Shown here one piece after another: positions 23,755 to 36,455 of a DNA stretch of 64,000 nt. A model generated the notes under the pieces. That model was not told the DNA's origin. It saw nothing but the letters and a program-made list of their open reading frames with translations, and made no database searches. How positions within the stretch are numbered: position 1 is the stretch's first letter; each line of letters begins with the position of its first letter. A program made the position numbers and the translations under genes. Source of the DNA: Camelus ferus (lineage: Eukaryota); the NCBI RefSeq assembly GCF_009834535.1, contig NC_045698.1:10914001-10978000 (forward strand), given 5' to 3'.

Positions 23755-24078
23755 TGGGAGACGGAGAAAGATGGGGAAACAGTCTGTTGGTGGAGCAGGC
23801 AGAACACACGTTGATGTTATATTTGCAGTTTGTAGTGCTCCCAAACATTGACAATAGTAACGTCAAAGGTCATTGATCATAGATCACTAAAACAAATCTA
23901 ATAACAACGAAAAAGTCTGAAACATTGTGAGAATTACCGAAGTGTAACTCAGAGACAAAGAAATAAATGTTGTTGGAAAAATGGTGCTGATAGACTTGCT
24001 CGATGCAGAGTTGCCCCAAACCTTCAATTTGTAAAGAACACAGTATCTGTGAAGCATGATAAAATGAGGTATGCTTGT
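23755..24078 (-). mobile_element. Tigger1 5' end
   Basis: Reverse complement begins caagcatacctcattttatcatgcttcacagatactgtgttctttacaaattgaaggtttggggcaactctgcatcgagcaagtctatcagcaccatttttccaaca, matching the Tigger1 left TIR region. Confidence 0.88.
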
Positions 24079-25054
24079 ACATAGAACTACTCTATCATAA
24101 CTAGATCTGAGACATCGTAGATGACTAAAAAATGAGTTTAATGAATCTCTGGCTTTATGTTATTTGCTCTCATCCCTGGGGATAGGACCATGATAGCTGA
24201 TTAGGATCTCAAAATGTTTTATTTCCTTCTGAGATTTGTGGTAAAGAAAAAGGGACAAGCTAGCAGGAGCATTGTTTTGAGATCTACTCAGAGATCAAAT
24301 CTGAAAAGGACTGTGTGGTATAGATAGTTTAAATCAGAAAGAAAGGATTGAGGGAAATTGTCAGTGTCTCCAGATTCTTTTAGCATGTCAGATTTTGTCA
24401 GTTTTTATTTTAGCCTCCATCCTGTAAAGCTTACATATCTAAATCCTGGTGCATGATTGAACCAAAGTAAATCTGAATATAATCCATCACGGAATTAATC
24501 TGTGTAAAAATCAATGCCAAATAAAAATGGGTATCAGTCAGTCTACTGATCTGACTACATATTTATCCTAAGGTGTCTAAGAAAACAAAAAATTAAGTGT
24601 AATTACTGGGCACATCACTTGCACATCCAGAATTGTTTGAGATGCTCTACAGCGGTGATTTTGAGTTTATCTGGGGGTGGAATCTCCTTTAATGAAATTT
24701 CTAACCTGTCCACGTCTGATACTTGGTCATCCTGCACATGACTAGTGGGTGGTTCATGCCACTTACGACTCATCACAAAAGTTTGACCATCCCCCAAATA
24801 CTCCATACCTGTTCACAAGGTGACCCCACAGATCGCACCCTTGGATGATACAGAAATAGAAAATTGCTATAAAAATCTCTAAGTACTTACTCTTGTTTCT
24901 TGTACTCATCTCACTGCTGTGACAATAAATCTTAAGACTGGCCACAAAGAAGGAAAAGACATGCTCTGCACCAGGGAAACTGAGCATCTTGTTGGGAAGG
25001 TAACAAGGAAGGGAAGTCATTATTCTAAGAGCATATAGGAAAGTACGAGCACTG

Positions 25055-25540
25055 CTGTTTCTGTTGTGTCTCCAATGAACAGATCTGTAGACGAGAATTC
25101 AGGTGGAAGTAGATCATGGGGAAACGATCTCAGGAAGTACTCCTAAGGGAGTGGGGATATGAGGTAGAGAAAGGAAAGATGCCAATACAGAGTGCCTTCA
25201 AGGGGAGGTTATCGTGATGGGAGACTGAGACGAATCCTGCTGGACCCCTTAGATTGTGTGACACAAGCTGGTGACAGACTGGGAGTATATACCCTCCAGC
25301 TTCCACAGGTCACTGGTTGAGACTTGCTTTGTTTCTGGGGAATTCCTGCACTTCCTCCTGCTCCACACATGTGCTGGCCAGCATGTTCTGTTGACCAGAG
25401 AAAGCCTTCAGGCAGAGTCCCAGGTCCTTATATCACAAAACCAAAGGTGTGCAAGGGAATGAGGAGGAATGAATGAATGAATGAGGAGGAATGAATGAAT
25501 GAATGAGGAGGAATGAATGGGGCATGGCTGGCATCTGCTG
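25055..25540 (-). mobile_element. Old ERVL/MaLR-type LTR (subfamily uncertain)
   Basis: gatctcaggaagtactcctaaggggagtggggatatgaggtagagaaaggaaagatgccaata...ccagagaaagccttcaggcagag. Confidence 0.6.
25457..25519. repeat. 22-bp unit minisatellite (GAATGAATGAATGAATGAGGAG), about 2.9 copies
   Basis: Directly visible. Confidence 0.9.
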
Positions 25541-25849
25541 CCATTGTGTATAAATACATTAATAACCCTACATAATCAATAACCATAAATATAAGTAAAC
25601 CCAAGTCAGGAGAATATCAAGCATTATTCAAGGAATTATTCTTGGAGGAAGTTTAGTTTGAATGGGGCTATCAAGGATGGGTTCAAATAGAATGTCAGAG
25701 AGAAGGGGGCCTCTTAATCTAGGTGGAGGTAGTGAAATCAACAAGGACAAAGACTCTGGAGTGAGTAAACACAGTGTGGCATCTACAAAGGAGACCCTGC
25801 TTGGAACAGAGGTGCCATATTGGAGAACAGACTGGGGCTTTCCTGATAC

Positions 25850-26134
25850 TATTAACCTAAAATAGGCTGCCAAATATTTCTCCAGCAAAGATGGGTTTAT
25901 TTGGCATCAGCAGAAAATTGGAATTTGGGGTCTGCAACCATGGTGAGCCATGTGCAAGTCCCAGCAGGAAGAGAAGGAGAGTGCTCTTGTGGAGGGAAAA
26001 AGGAAGTTGAAAGGACTATAGTAAACAAAGAGTTCACGGTGTTTTATTGGCTGAGTCCTTGCAGGGTGTGAGAGCTCCCTCTTCTGGCCACCTGACTGTA
26101 TTTAATTGAGGCTTCTATTTATTAAATTTTTACA
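25850..26134 (-). mobile_element. Short ERV1-type solo LTR
   Basis: Reverse strand starts tgtaaaaatttaataaatagaagcc, contains CCAAT (attgg) and AATAAA (tttatt), and is flanked by atac/gtac (TSD-like). Confidence 0.6.
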
Positions 26135-26266
26135 GTACTGATTGAAGATGTCATGAATGCAACATAAACAATAAATATGATTATAATCACTGACATGTAG
26201 TATGCATTTATAAATGTTTATTACTGGGCTGAGCACTGTATTTTTATTTTTGTTATCTTTTTTTGA

Positions 26267-27300
26267 TGTAACATGCACGAAACTTTATTTCATAATAATA
26301 CCCTGACGTAGGAAATTCCACATTTAAAAAAATTTCTCCAAATTAATACAAATTTGTTCTTGTGAAATAAGAGATGAGGCCACTGGCCCTGAGTTTACCT
26401 TCAAATGCTTACTTTCTAAGTTCCTGGAGTTCCTTGAAGGCAAGTAGCTCTGTGTCAAGTGTGGTCATAAGAGCCTTTGTCAAGGCAGAAGTACCTAGAA
26501 GCTTTTCCCACTTAAGATTCTAAGGCTTCCACGTGGGGAAACCAGGCACTAGACCCACTAATCATGAGCCTGGAAGGCCTCAGTTAACCACCTTCTGTGT
26601 CTATGGAAGACTCTCAACGTTTCTCATTTCTAGGCCAGTCTACTTCTGCCCTTTGAGACAATAAGACCATTTGGGGCTTGGAATATTAGAGGTGCTTAGA
26701 AATTTCTGTTTTCATTTCTATGATTCAAAATTCCCAGATAAGAAATTCAGAACTTTAAACACAATTTCTGCCTAGCTTCTTGAGATGTGAGAAAACTATT
26801 CCTTTTGGTCCCCTAGGTTTTTGAGCACAAAAACCTAAATTGGTATCTCGTGGAATAAAATTCATATTTTATGATAAGACAAGAAAAATTTAAGCAAAAA
26901 CGTTCCCCTGTCCTTTGGCCTCCTCTCTCCCTACTTGGTGCATTGTGTGTCTGCCTTATGCATCAACCAAATCTCCCCCCATGGGTGGGAATAACTGCTC
27001 AACCATAAAAAGTAATATTCTCCTAGCATCAACAAGACAACCCTTTAAAATGTAACACTCCCTCTTGATCTTGTAAGGGGTCACATGACCCACCATGATG
27101 CGCTTAAATCTGGATTATGTAGACTGTCAACAGAATGTCATCTGATGTAGAGCCCTCTGTCTCAAAAAACATATATGACTCTGCTTTGTCTTCTAATGGG
27201 CAGAACAGTTCTCAGAGCTTCCTGGGTTATAATCCTCAGACTTGGCTGGAATAAAATTTTCCATTTCCTTCTTAGATTGACTGATTAATTTTTCATCAAA
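26267..27300 (+). mobile_element. ERV1-type solo LTR (~1 kb) inserted into a MIR
   Basis: Begins tgtaaca; 3' part cagaacagttctcagagct...gggttataatcctcag...aataaaattttccatttccttcttagattgactgattaatttttc. MIR sequence resumes at about 27320 (aaccctatgaggt...gaggaagttgaggcttagtgaggtt). Confidence 0.7.
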
Positions 27301-27949
27301 AATCCTAGTTGGTTATCTTGGCACATATAATCACCACAACAACCCTATGAGGTAATATTATAACACTCGTTAAAGAGGAAGTTGAGGCTTAGTGAGGTTT
27401 TAGAAATACACCGAAGATTACATTGGTAGTGGGATGTCTGTCTAACTTCGTGGTTGTAGCAGCCCCAAAACTATGTATGCGGTCATTCAAATTTGATTTG
27501 ATAGTAGCTACATACCTTTGCAAACTCTGAAGCTCTTGTGCAAGTTTAAGAAAGCAATCTTTTGAATGTTTTAAAGAAGTGAACGAATGGAGATGTGGAG
27601 ACTTTTGAAGAGGCTGAATCAGTAATCCACACATGAAGTTCGAAACTAGGAGACATCGTGGAGAATGATTCATTGATTACCTAGGGGAACAGAAGAAGGG
27701 GAAGTTGAGCACAGACATATAAAGGTAGGTTTCAAAATCTCTCCTCCCTCCACTCCTGAATGTCTCATTAAATATTTAAGGTTTTTCCTCACTTAATTAT
27801 CACATAAATGGCAACATGGAGCAGTTAAAATCTAATAATCCTGTCATCATGGTCCCAAACCAAATTCACTTATAGTTACTATTGAGTCTGAACATTAAAT
27901 CTTTCTGATAAACTTTAAGTTCAATTTTCCAATGGAACAAACAACTTTG

Positions 27950-28440
27950 ATATTGTATTAAGTTTATGGAATACATTTTAGGGATTTGGCAGGATTATAT
28001 TAAGACTGTCCAGGCTGCAACATGATATGTTTGTCTATCTTTCCATTTCTTTCTTTTATGATCTTCAATAAAGTTTTAAAATTTTTTCTTCTTGTTAAGC
28101 TTGCACATTTCTCAAACTGTACATTTCTATACCATTTATATTAACTGTTGCTGATATAAATGGATTTGCTTTCATTATATCACCTAACCTATTATTGCTA
28201 ATACAAAAGAAAGCTATTATTCTGGTATATTTATCTTATGTTAGAGAAATAATTCTCAGTAGATATTAGGGTTGTCAGCAGCTTTCATTATTCTTCTGGG
28301 TATCCTAGATGGATAATTCATATTATTTGCAAATAATAATTACTTTCTAATAATAACATCTTTTCCTTTTTTGCTTAGTGCATTGGCAGGAAATACAGAC
28401 AATGTTGAAAAATAATGATAGTTTTAAAACTTTTAAATCT
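27950..28440 (-). mobile_element. Old L1 ORF2 fragment
   Basis: catgatatgtttgtctat...; attcatattatttgcaaataataat (antisense of FADDM-like); gcattggcagg. Confidence 0.7.
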
Positions 28441-29551
28441 TTATAGCAAGCAGTACAAGTCCGATAAAACCAAACTGTAAATCATGTAATACTTCAAATT
28501 ATTATTTTGGATTAGATTTGTTGAATAAAGGGCTGTAGTTATGTTAATTCAACAAACCATAATTCTGAGGCAAATCACTTCTTTAAAAGGAAACTCATCA
28601 TAAATGGGAATTGACTGAATTCCACAAGATACTAGTGTCTTCATGAGGCAAGATCTTGGTACCTGAAATATTTAATATATGATATCTGGCTGAACAGTTC
28701 ATTTCCAGAGAATTTTTGGCTCACTCAAACAAGCTCTACCACTTTTGAAAATGTCTCCTTTGGATAAAGGGCACACTGGGAAGTTTATACTATTGAAAGC
28801 AGCAGTAAATACAATATATAGTTTATTGTTAAAGGGATTTGAAAGGTTATTTATATTAGGTATTTATTTCAAGCATGGGTATATGATGGTTCACTTTTAT
28901 TCCTTTCCATGGACTAAAATAAAATGACATCATTAAAAATCATCTGAAAATAATTAGGATTGTGTCACTACTTGGATTCTGAGTGGGAACAAATAGGCAC
29001 ATTGGCAGGGAGAGTGATCAGAGGTAGTGCTAGGGAAACTCTGGACACTGGAAGAAACAAATGTCTTTCAGTACTGAATGAAGTAGAGTCATGTGCCCAG
29101 GGAGGGATGCTGGAGAAGTGAACCCAGTGGTGATCACTGACCCTGGCCAGGAAATAAAACAGGTGTCCAAAATCCAAAAAGAGAAAAGTTGTCTGTTAGG
29201 TTTCAACAGGGATCAAATCCCACAACATAAAAAAAGAAGGTGTCATAATGACCAAACCTCCAAAGCTAATGTAAATTGGGTAATTGGAACAATTTTGCCT
29301 GATGTCTTTTTTTTTTTATTTTGCCAAGTGCATATTTTAGTGGTGATCCTACAAAGTTACAAATACTTATAATAAGCACCCAGGGGCTTCTATCTGATTG
29401 ATTCTAGATACTTAATTAAATCTTTTCCTTTGTTTTAGATATGAACTCCTGAATGAGAGGGTAGCATCTAAGAGCAGGGTTCTGGCTATGAGTCCAAACT
29501 GACACAATCCCTTGGCTTTTCTCCAAATTTTTCTCCAAAAAGAATTGCTTT

Positions 29552-29680
29552 CTCACAGCGAAAAAAAAAAATGTGACAATGAATGTATGTATGTTCACGT
29601 ATAACTGAAAAATTGTGCTCTACACTGGAAATTGACGCAGCATTGTAAAATGACTGTAACTCAATAAAAAATGTTAAAAA
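29552..29680 (+). mobile_element. Camelid L1 extreme 3' stub (~130 bp) with TSD
   Basis: ctcacagcgaaaaaaaaaaatgtgacaatgaatgtatg...tcaataaaaaatgttaaaaaa, with TSD-like aattgcttt / aattgtttt. Confidence 0.9.
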
Positions 29681-29749
29681 AATTGTTTTTTGGAGAAAGA
29701 TTGGCATAAGCAAAGTCAGATAAAAGGGGTGGATAATCAGTAGAATAAG

Positions 29750-29773
29750 CACACACACACACACACACACACA
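29750..29773. repeat. (CA)n microsatellite
   Basis: About 12 CA units visible. Confidence 0.95.
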
Positions 29774-30124
29774 AAGGAATTAAGCATACATAGCAAATGC
29801 GTGGAATTGAATTAATGATGGCATGTGACATACAATCCTGCCTTGATTCACACAAAACAGGCACTGTCAGGTACTTGGATGTTGCCTATGAAATGTACTT
29901 TTTCTGATCTGTAGGATCAAACATGCACTTCACTGACGTTTGGCCAATAAAAATTCTGTTGAGTAGACATCGAACTCTGTGCTCTACATAAATGTTTCAC
30001 CATTTTGGTCTTTGATAAGACATTTACTTGTTGTTCTGTAGTAACATTTCTTTAACTGACAGGGTAGCACAACAAAAAGACTCGTATTAATTGCATTTAA
30101 ATAAAAGTATAGATCAGAGAATAT

Positions 30125-30250
30125 AACCAATATTTTATCAAGACTATAAATGGAGTATAACCTTTAAAAATTGTGAATCACTATACTGTACACCTGTAAC
30201 TTATATAATATTGTGCATCAACTGTAAGACAATAAAATTTTTTTAATAAA
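30125..30250 (+). mobile_element. L1 3' end fragment
   Basis: ggagtataacctttaaaaattgtgaatcactatactgtacacctgtaacttatataatattgtgcatcaact. Confidence 0.8.
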
Positions 30251-31249
30251 CAAAAGTTTAGAGAACCTTCACTTACCCAGAAAACTAAAATTAGGATCTT
30301 CTGGTAAACCAATTGTTTTGGTTATGTGAGGATTATGTATTCAGAATGCACACACTGAACAAAAATAACATAATTTGGTTAATTTCTGATAGTCCACAAG
30401 GATTATGTCATCCCTTAAGATCTTTATTTTTCAGTAATAATCATTGTATGGCACCATGCACTAAATCTGGTGATTTGTAATTTGATTTAGCTATCATTTA
30501 AATTTTAGATAACTAGAAGTTTCAATTCATAATTCTGAATCAATTTCTTTCCTTGAAAGAAAAATAATCTTCAAGTGGCTTTGTTGTAGAGGAATTATAT
30601 TTCCTAGAAGGTGTATGCCTCAGGGAACTTTGTAGAACAGACACCTCATTTATAATCAGAACCAATAAAACTTATTTTAATTTTGGAAAACAGAAGAACT
30701 CTGCAGGGTGTTGGGAGTTCCCAGTCACTGTGACCTTGAAAACCCTTCCAGCGTCACACACAGTACCTTAAAATGAAATTTGTGCAGGATCTGGTACAGC
30801 TGAGCAAAAGAGACCAGGTTCAATTTTCATGATATTAAGATTGTATTATACCAGAAATTAATGATGATTGCACAAGGTTCTAAACACTTTCCACATACTA
30901 ATAAACACCAGAGCTGAAAGAAAATATGTAATTAATGCCACAGCAGCTGCTGACTACTGCCAAACTCTGCCACCCATAAAAGAAGTTACAACACTGCTGC
31001 ATTATTATTACAGTCTATGCCCTTTGTAAATATTTGTTTTTAATAAAATGATCCATAGGTAACAAAAATACTTAACTTAGTTTTGAAAGTCCTCTAGCAT
31101 GACTCTAGGAGACACAGTAAAGGAGAAACTTTCAAACACAAAGCCCCAAATCACTTGGAAGAACATTTTGTGGAAACAGCTTATGGTTCTCCTGCGGCAG
31201 ATGGGATGGAGAAAGTACCATGGATTAAAGCACCTTTTCTAAATTTTTT

Positions 31250-31710
31250 AAATGGGCACTTGTTGTTGAGTTGCCCAGCATCCTTTTCTTTTTGAGGATA
31301 ACTCAGCTATTTTAGAGAAATGGCTCACTCCTTGGCCAGTGAGAGTATCCTGTTTGCCAAACCACCCCTACTTTTCTGAAGACACAGGAGAGCACAAACA
31401 TGAACCTGCCTGGCCAGTTAGTCTTTCCTTTAGGGTTTTCCAGTTGTGACCTAGAGAAGTGTAGCCCTTCCTCTCAGGTGGTGAAACGAAAGTGTGAGTC
31501 CAGAGATGCTAGCGGCCTTTTGGAGAAAGCTAGTCCGCCCCAGGAAATAAAAAAGCTGCCAGTCAGTATGAAGCAGAAGCCAGCAGCAGGCATGACCCAC
31601 AGCCTCAAGTCCCTGATTCCTGCTACCTGCTACTCTACCTGGCTTTTCTCAGTGGTGCAAGCCAACCAATTCCCCTTTGTGCCCAAGGTGATTTGAACTG
31701 TGTCTTGACC
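31250..31710 (+). mobile_element. LTR16-like ERVL LTR
   Basis: gttgcccagcatccttttct...gccaaccaattcccctttgtgcccaaggtgatttgaactg. Confidence 0.5.
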
Positions 31711-31949
31711 TACACTTCCCCTTTCAAGAATAGATTGATGCTAGCTTTTATTAGTTGCCTTGTGATCTTGCACAAGCTACGTAATCTCTCTAACTGTTTT
31801 CTATATCTGTAAAATGGGAACCATAACATTGTTGAGAGGATTAAATGAGCTACTAGAAATATATTTTGTATTTATCTGTTTATCATCAGTCTCTTTCACT
31901 ATAAGAATGAGGACTGGTTCTGCGATGATTCTACAACATAGCCCATAGA

Positions 31950-32825
31950 TTAATTATCAGAGAAATGCAAATCAAAACTACAATGACCGCACCTCACAGC
32001 AGTCAGAATGGCCGTCATTAAAAAGTCCATGAATGATAAATACTGGAGAGGGTGTGGGGAAAAAGGAACACTCCTACACTGCTGGTGGAAATGTAGTGTG
32101 GTGCAGCCATTATAGAAAACTGTGGAGATTCCCCAAAAAACTAAAAATAGGTTTATCATACGATCCAGCAATCCCATTTCTGGGTATATATTTGGAGGGA
32201 ACTCTAATTTGAAAAGATACATGCACCCCAATGTTCATAGCAGCACTACATACAACAGCCAAGACATGGAAGCAACCTAAACGTCCATCGACAGATGACT
32301 GGGTAAAGAAGTTGTGCCGTATTTATACAATGGAATAATACTCAGCTATAAAAAAAGAATAAAATAATGCCATTTGCAGCAACACGGATGGACCTGGAGA
32401 CTGTCATTCTAAGTGAAGTAAGCCATAAGGAGAAAGAAAAATACCATATGATATCACTCAAATGTGGAATTAAAAAAAAAAAAGAAAGAATAGATTGTAT
32501 GAACTCATCTACAAAACAGAAACAGACTTGCAGACATAGTAAACAATCTTATGGCTACTGGGGAAAGGTGGTGGGAAGGGATAAATTTGTGAATTTGAGA
32601 CTTGCAAATGTTAGCCACTATATATAAAAAAAGATTTTTAAAAAAGTTTCTTTTATATAGCACAGGGAACTATATTTAATAGCTTATAATAACCTTTAAT
32701 GAAAAAGAATATGAAAACAAATATATGTATGTATGCATGACTGGGACACTGTACAGTACATCAGAAATTGACACATTATAACTGGCTATACTTCAATAAA
32801 AATAAAATAAAATAGAATAAAATAT
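31950..32825 (+). mobile_element. Relatively young L1 3' part (ORF2 C-terminus, 3' UTR, A-rich tail)
   Basis: atcagagaaatgcaaatcaaaactacaatg (IREMQIKTTM); ORF 32367 MPFAATRMDLETVILSEVS; (AAAAT)n tail at 32795-32825. Confidence 0.93.
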
Positions 32826-33039
32826 AGGCCCAAATTCTTTGACATTCCATCCAATCAAAAGATATAACTTTACCTTATTTCCTTGAATGTGGGTCAGTTT
32901 GTGACCATTTTAACCAATAGAATGCTATGTGTGTGTGTACATATTTATATAAATATAGTATGTATGTAATTTATGTATATATGTAATTTATGACCAGTAA
33001 AAAGTTACATACTTGCTTTTTTATTTTTTAACCAAAGTT

Positions 33040-33530
33040 ATCACATTCCTTTAGTTTTTTCAGTTCTTTTTAGATTTTTCCAAACTTTCAAACATTCTAA
33101 TTAATCAAAATGAAAAACAAAATAAAATAAAACTTATCTATCTATGTATGTAACCTTAGCCTGCAAATGTTTATTAATTGTCCTTCAAGTCTCCAGTAAG
33201 GTGTCATGTCCTTCATGAAAACACATATATAATTTCATGTACATATGCCAGAAATTCTATATAATAGATACCTCTAAGTAAGATTGCTGAATCAAAGGGG
33301 TTATATATTTTACTGTGGATTGACTCTGCCATATGGTCTCACAAAAGGTTAGACCAGTTTACATTCCTATCAAAAAAGTATAAGACTGTTTACACCATTG
33401 CTAACATGAGCTATTATCAAACTTAAAAATGAATGCCGATTATGAGTAAGAATTATCTCACTGTTTCAGTTTCCATTTTTCTGATTTCAGTTAGGAAATC
33501 TTTGCAAGTGTTTTAAGACATTTATCTAAA
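33040..33530 (-). mobile_element. Old L1ME 3' fragment
   Basis: agatacctctaagtaagattgctgaatcaaaggg...ccagtttacattcctatcaa...tatctcactgtttcagtttccattttctgatt. Confidence 0.65.
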
Positions 33531-33849
33531 GGCTTAAAAATCAGTTGGGCAAAAATATAAGCAAAAATATTTTTTATCCACAGAAGAAAAATCATCTTTT
33601 ATTAAAAATGTGTTAGAACAAACAAAATAATTTTAAGATGCCTGGATATAAGATCAACACAAACTGAATGGTTTTCAACTTGCTGTAATATTCACTAAGT
33701 AATGAAACTATTTGTCTTTTATTCTACTTATATAATGAATGATAATTAGTAGATATGGGTACAAAATATAGACAGCAAACCACACATAATTTCTTGGTAC
33801 AATACCTTCTGAGAGGTATGAGTAGGAATAAGTGGCAAAGAATTTTTGT

Positions 33850-34750
33850 AGTGAAAGAAGAATGAGAAAAGGAGAGGATTGAGAGTTAAGAAAATTGGCA
33901 AGAAAAAGATTATAATGATGGACTGTGGAATTTAAATTGGGTAGAAGGGAGGTGAAGACACACGGATATGGATAAGGAAAAAGTCGTATGGTCAATGGTT
34001 TTATATTTTGTTTAAAAGAATAAAATGATGGAGTTAAATAATTAGCTGAATAATAGAATGTGGTTATTGCTGAATGAGAAGCTTGAAACTCAGGATTTCA
34101 AGATAATGCAATAATGAGAGATGATTAAGTCAAGTAGATGACTGTGACATCGCTAATGGGAGGTGGAAAATAAGATCCCTGGAGGAAAAGAACCCAAAAG
34201 GCAGAGAGATGAATTGTTGGGGGATAATTTATGTAAATGCTGTCACCAAGTAAAACGATGAAGAAGTAAGAGTGAAAATAAAAACAGTGATGCAGGTGCT
34301 ATATGGTCATCATCAGAGAGTGAAGGATGTGAGTGGGATGTTGGTAGATAACTGAAGAAGGTTTATTAAGTGGCAAAATCAGATGGTGTGAGCTTCCCAG
34401 GAAATGCAAAGTTTGAAATAAGAAGTAAGATGATTTGGAAGTGGCAGTGAAGAGCATGGAGGAAACTTACCCCACCTCCAGGTCTCGAAAGACACAAACA
34501 GCTATGGAACAGCATCCACTGAAGAAGGTGACAGGAATCAGTATTATCAGAGGATAGGCAGGAAGGTGAAGGAAATTTTCAGAGAAGTTGAAGATACATA
34601 GGAGTTTGTGGGTGACAGAGCCTTCAGAGGACACAATTCAAGGGCCCAAAGTAAGGGAGGTCGGAAAGATGGATCATGTTCAAGGAGGTACAGAGGTCCG
34701 GGAATAAGGGAGGACCTGGGAGACTCAGGCTTCTTTGGTGAGATGCAGGT
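33850..34750 (-). mobile_element. L2 internal fragment
   Basis: Purine-rich antisense L2 pattern (ttggaagtggcagtgaagagcatggagg...ccccacctccagg). Confidence 0.5.
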
Positions 34751-36339
34751 AGGTACGATCCAGAGACCTTGGGGGAAGCAGGTAGTCTGTTCAATCTGGA
34801 AGGTCTGGGGCCACAGCTGTGATGACTACAAGCTCGTGTTGTGTGCAGGGGCAGCCTGGGAGGCGCGTGCTAACCTCTGCGGAGGGCTGATCTCTTAGGC
34901 AGCCAAGAGCCTGGGACTGCTGAGGTCTCTTGCTTTTGCAGGAGAGTGTTGTCACAGCCCCTGGATTGACTGTCCTCCCTGGAGAAAGCAGCTTTGCAAA
35001 GGCCTCTACTCTTCTTTTTTCGATGTGTTTCCAGAGCACCCAAGGACAAAGGTTATTGACAAATCTTGAGAAATTTGAGCCTCAGGAAAGACAGAGCTTC
35101 ATTCTCTCCAGATCTCCATTCACGGAGCCATACACCCAGGTCCCTCCCTCCCGGGTGCACTGGCACGGTCTCACTCCAGAATCCCCTGCGTAATATCACT
35201 TCCTTAGAGATCCACTCCCTGAGGAAACATGGGCGTCTTTAGTCAAGTTTATTTAGATCGTAATCTCTTTCAGACAGAGGCTGTATCTGTTTTATCTGTG
35301 GTTGAGGCAGCCATGGTAAATCATTTTTTGCTCGAGGCCAACAAGAATCAGTGAGAGAAAGTGTTAAAATAGCAGAGGCAAGTCAGCCAGGAAGATATCT
35401 CTGGGTGGAGAATTCCTTCCTCCGTCTGTGAGAATTAAAGAAATGGTAATGGAGGGGAAATGACAAAAGCCCAGGAGCTGGTCTTGAAACATGTGGTAAC
35501 CTTGCTTGGGTTGCTAACATGCTGCTTATCACCCAGTCCTGGGGCACGTGGCCAAGTGGCAGAGCTGGGCAAACTTTCTTCTGTAGGTTTTCAGGAGACG
35601 GAAATTGTGTATTATCATGTGTGTCTGAAAAAGCTACGCCCCTGAACTCTGAGCATAATCCTGAAACTCTCTATCCTTGAGTTCCCAGTGCTGCTGCTCA
35701 AAGGACCCAACTTATCTGTTCAGTTTCTTAAAGAGCTGCTATTTTCAGGGGCCCTGACTGGCACTTCAAGTATTTTCTTAACCCTTCCCCCATTACAAGA
35801 ACTTTAAAATAGTAACCCCTTTTTGATCGGTCTGATGGACAGAGAGCTGATTTTGGAGCAGGTCACTCCTTATTCTGGTCCCAGACCTGCTACAAATTAA
35901 GAGAGTGACTTAGGAAAGACATTTTGCCTTGCTGGTCTCAATCTTCTCTTCTGTAAAGTGAGAGGGTTGACCCCTTGCCAGTTCGAACATCCTGTAAACC
36001 TTAAAGTAGAATTCCAGGAGGAGGGAGCAGGTTGTATACCATCCCTCTTATCAAGTAAAGTTGTACCCTATTGGTCATCGAGGAAATGAAAATGTAAAAG
36101 CAACGTGATTTCAATTTTGACTCATTGAGATAATAAAGATAAGATAATTGATTTTCTAGTGCTGTTGTGAGTGCAGAAAAATAGATCCTCTCAAGTACCA
36201 CTGGTGAGGGGGTAAAATTTGGTTAGACCAGTTTATATTGGGTACTAATAATGGTGTCAAAGAATTCAAAAGCATACAAGCCAAACAAGTCAACGTCTGA
36301 AATACGTGTTAATATTTTACCTAATAAACACATATTGAT

Positions 36340-36455
36340 AGTTAGAAGGAAAGAAAGAGAACATGGAAGAAGGAAGGAAGTAGGAAAGATAAGAAGGAAG
36401 AAAGGAAGGAAAGATGAAAGAAGGAAGGAAGAAGGAAGGGAAGAAGGAAAAAAAG
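36340..36455. repeat. GGAA/GAA-rich tract
   Basis: Directly visible. Confidence 0.9.

Noticed and set aside
24615..24806. 63-aa minus-strand ORF with protein-like composition
   Set aside because: No recognisable family, no supporting exon structure, and a length expected by chance.
25457..25519. CRISPR-like array
   Set aside because: Head-to-tail simple repeat with no unique spacers, in mammalian DNA with no cas genes.
32367..32627. L1-like ORFs (also 42217-42423, 43498-43839, 44704-44895, 45211-45474, 50355-50564) as functional CDS
   Set aside because: Short frames within truncated, frameshifted L1 copies; no intact ORF1 or ORF2.
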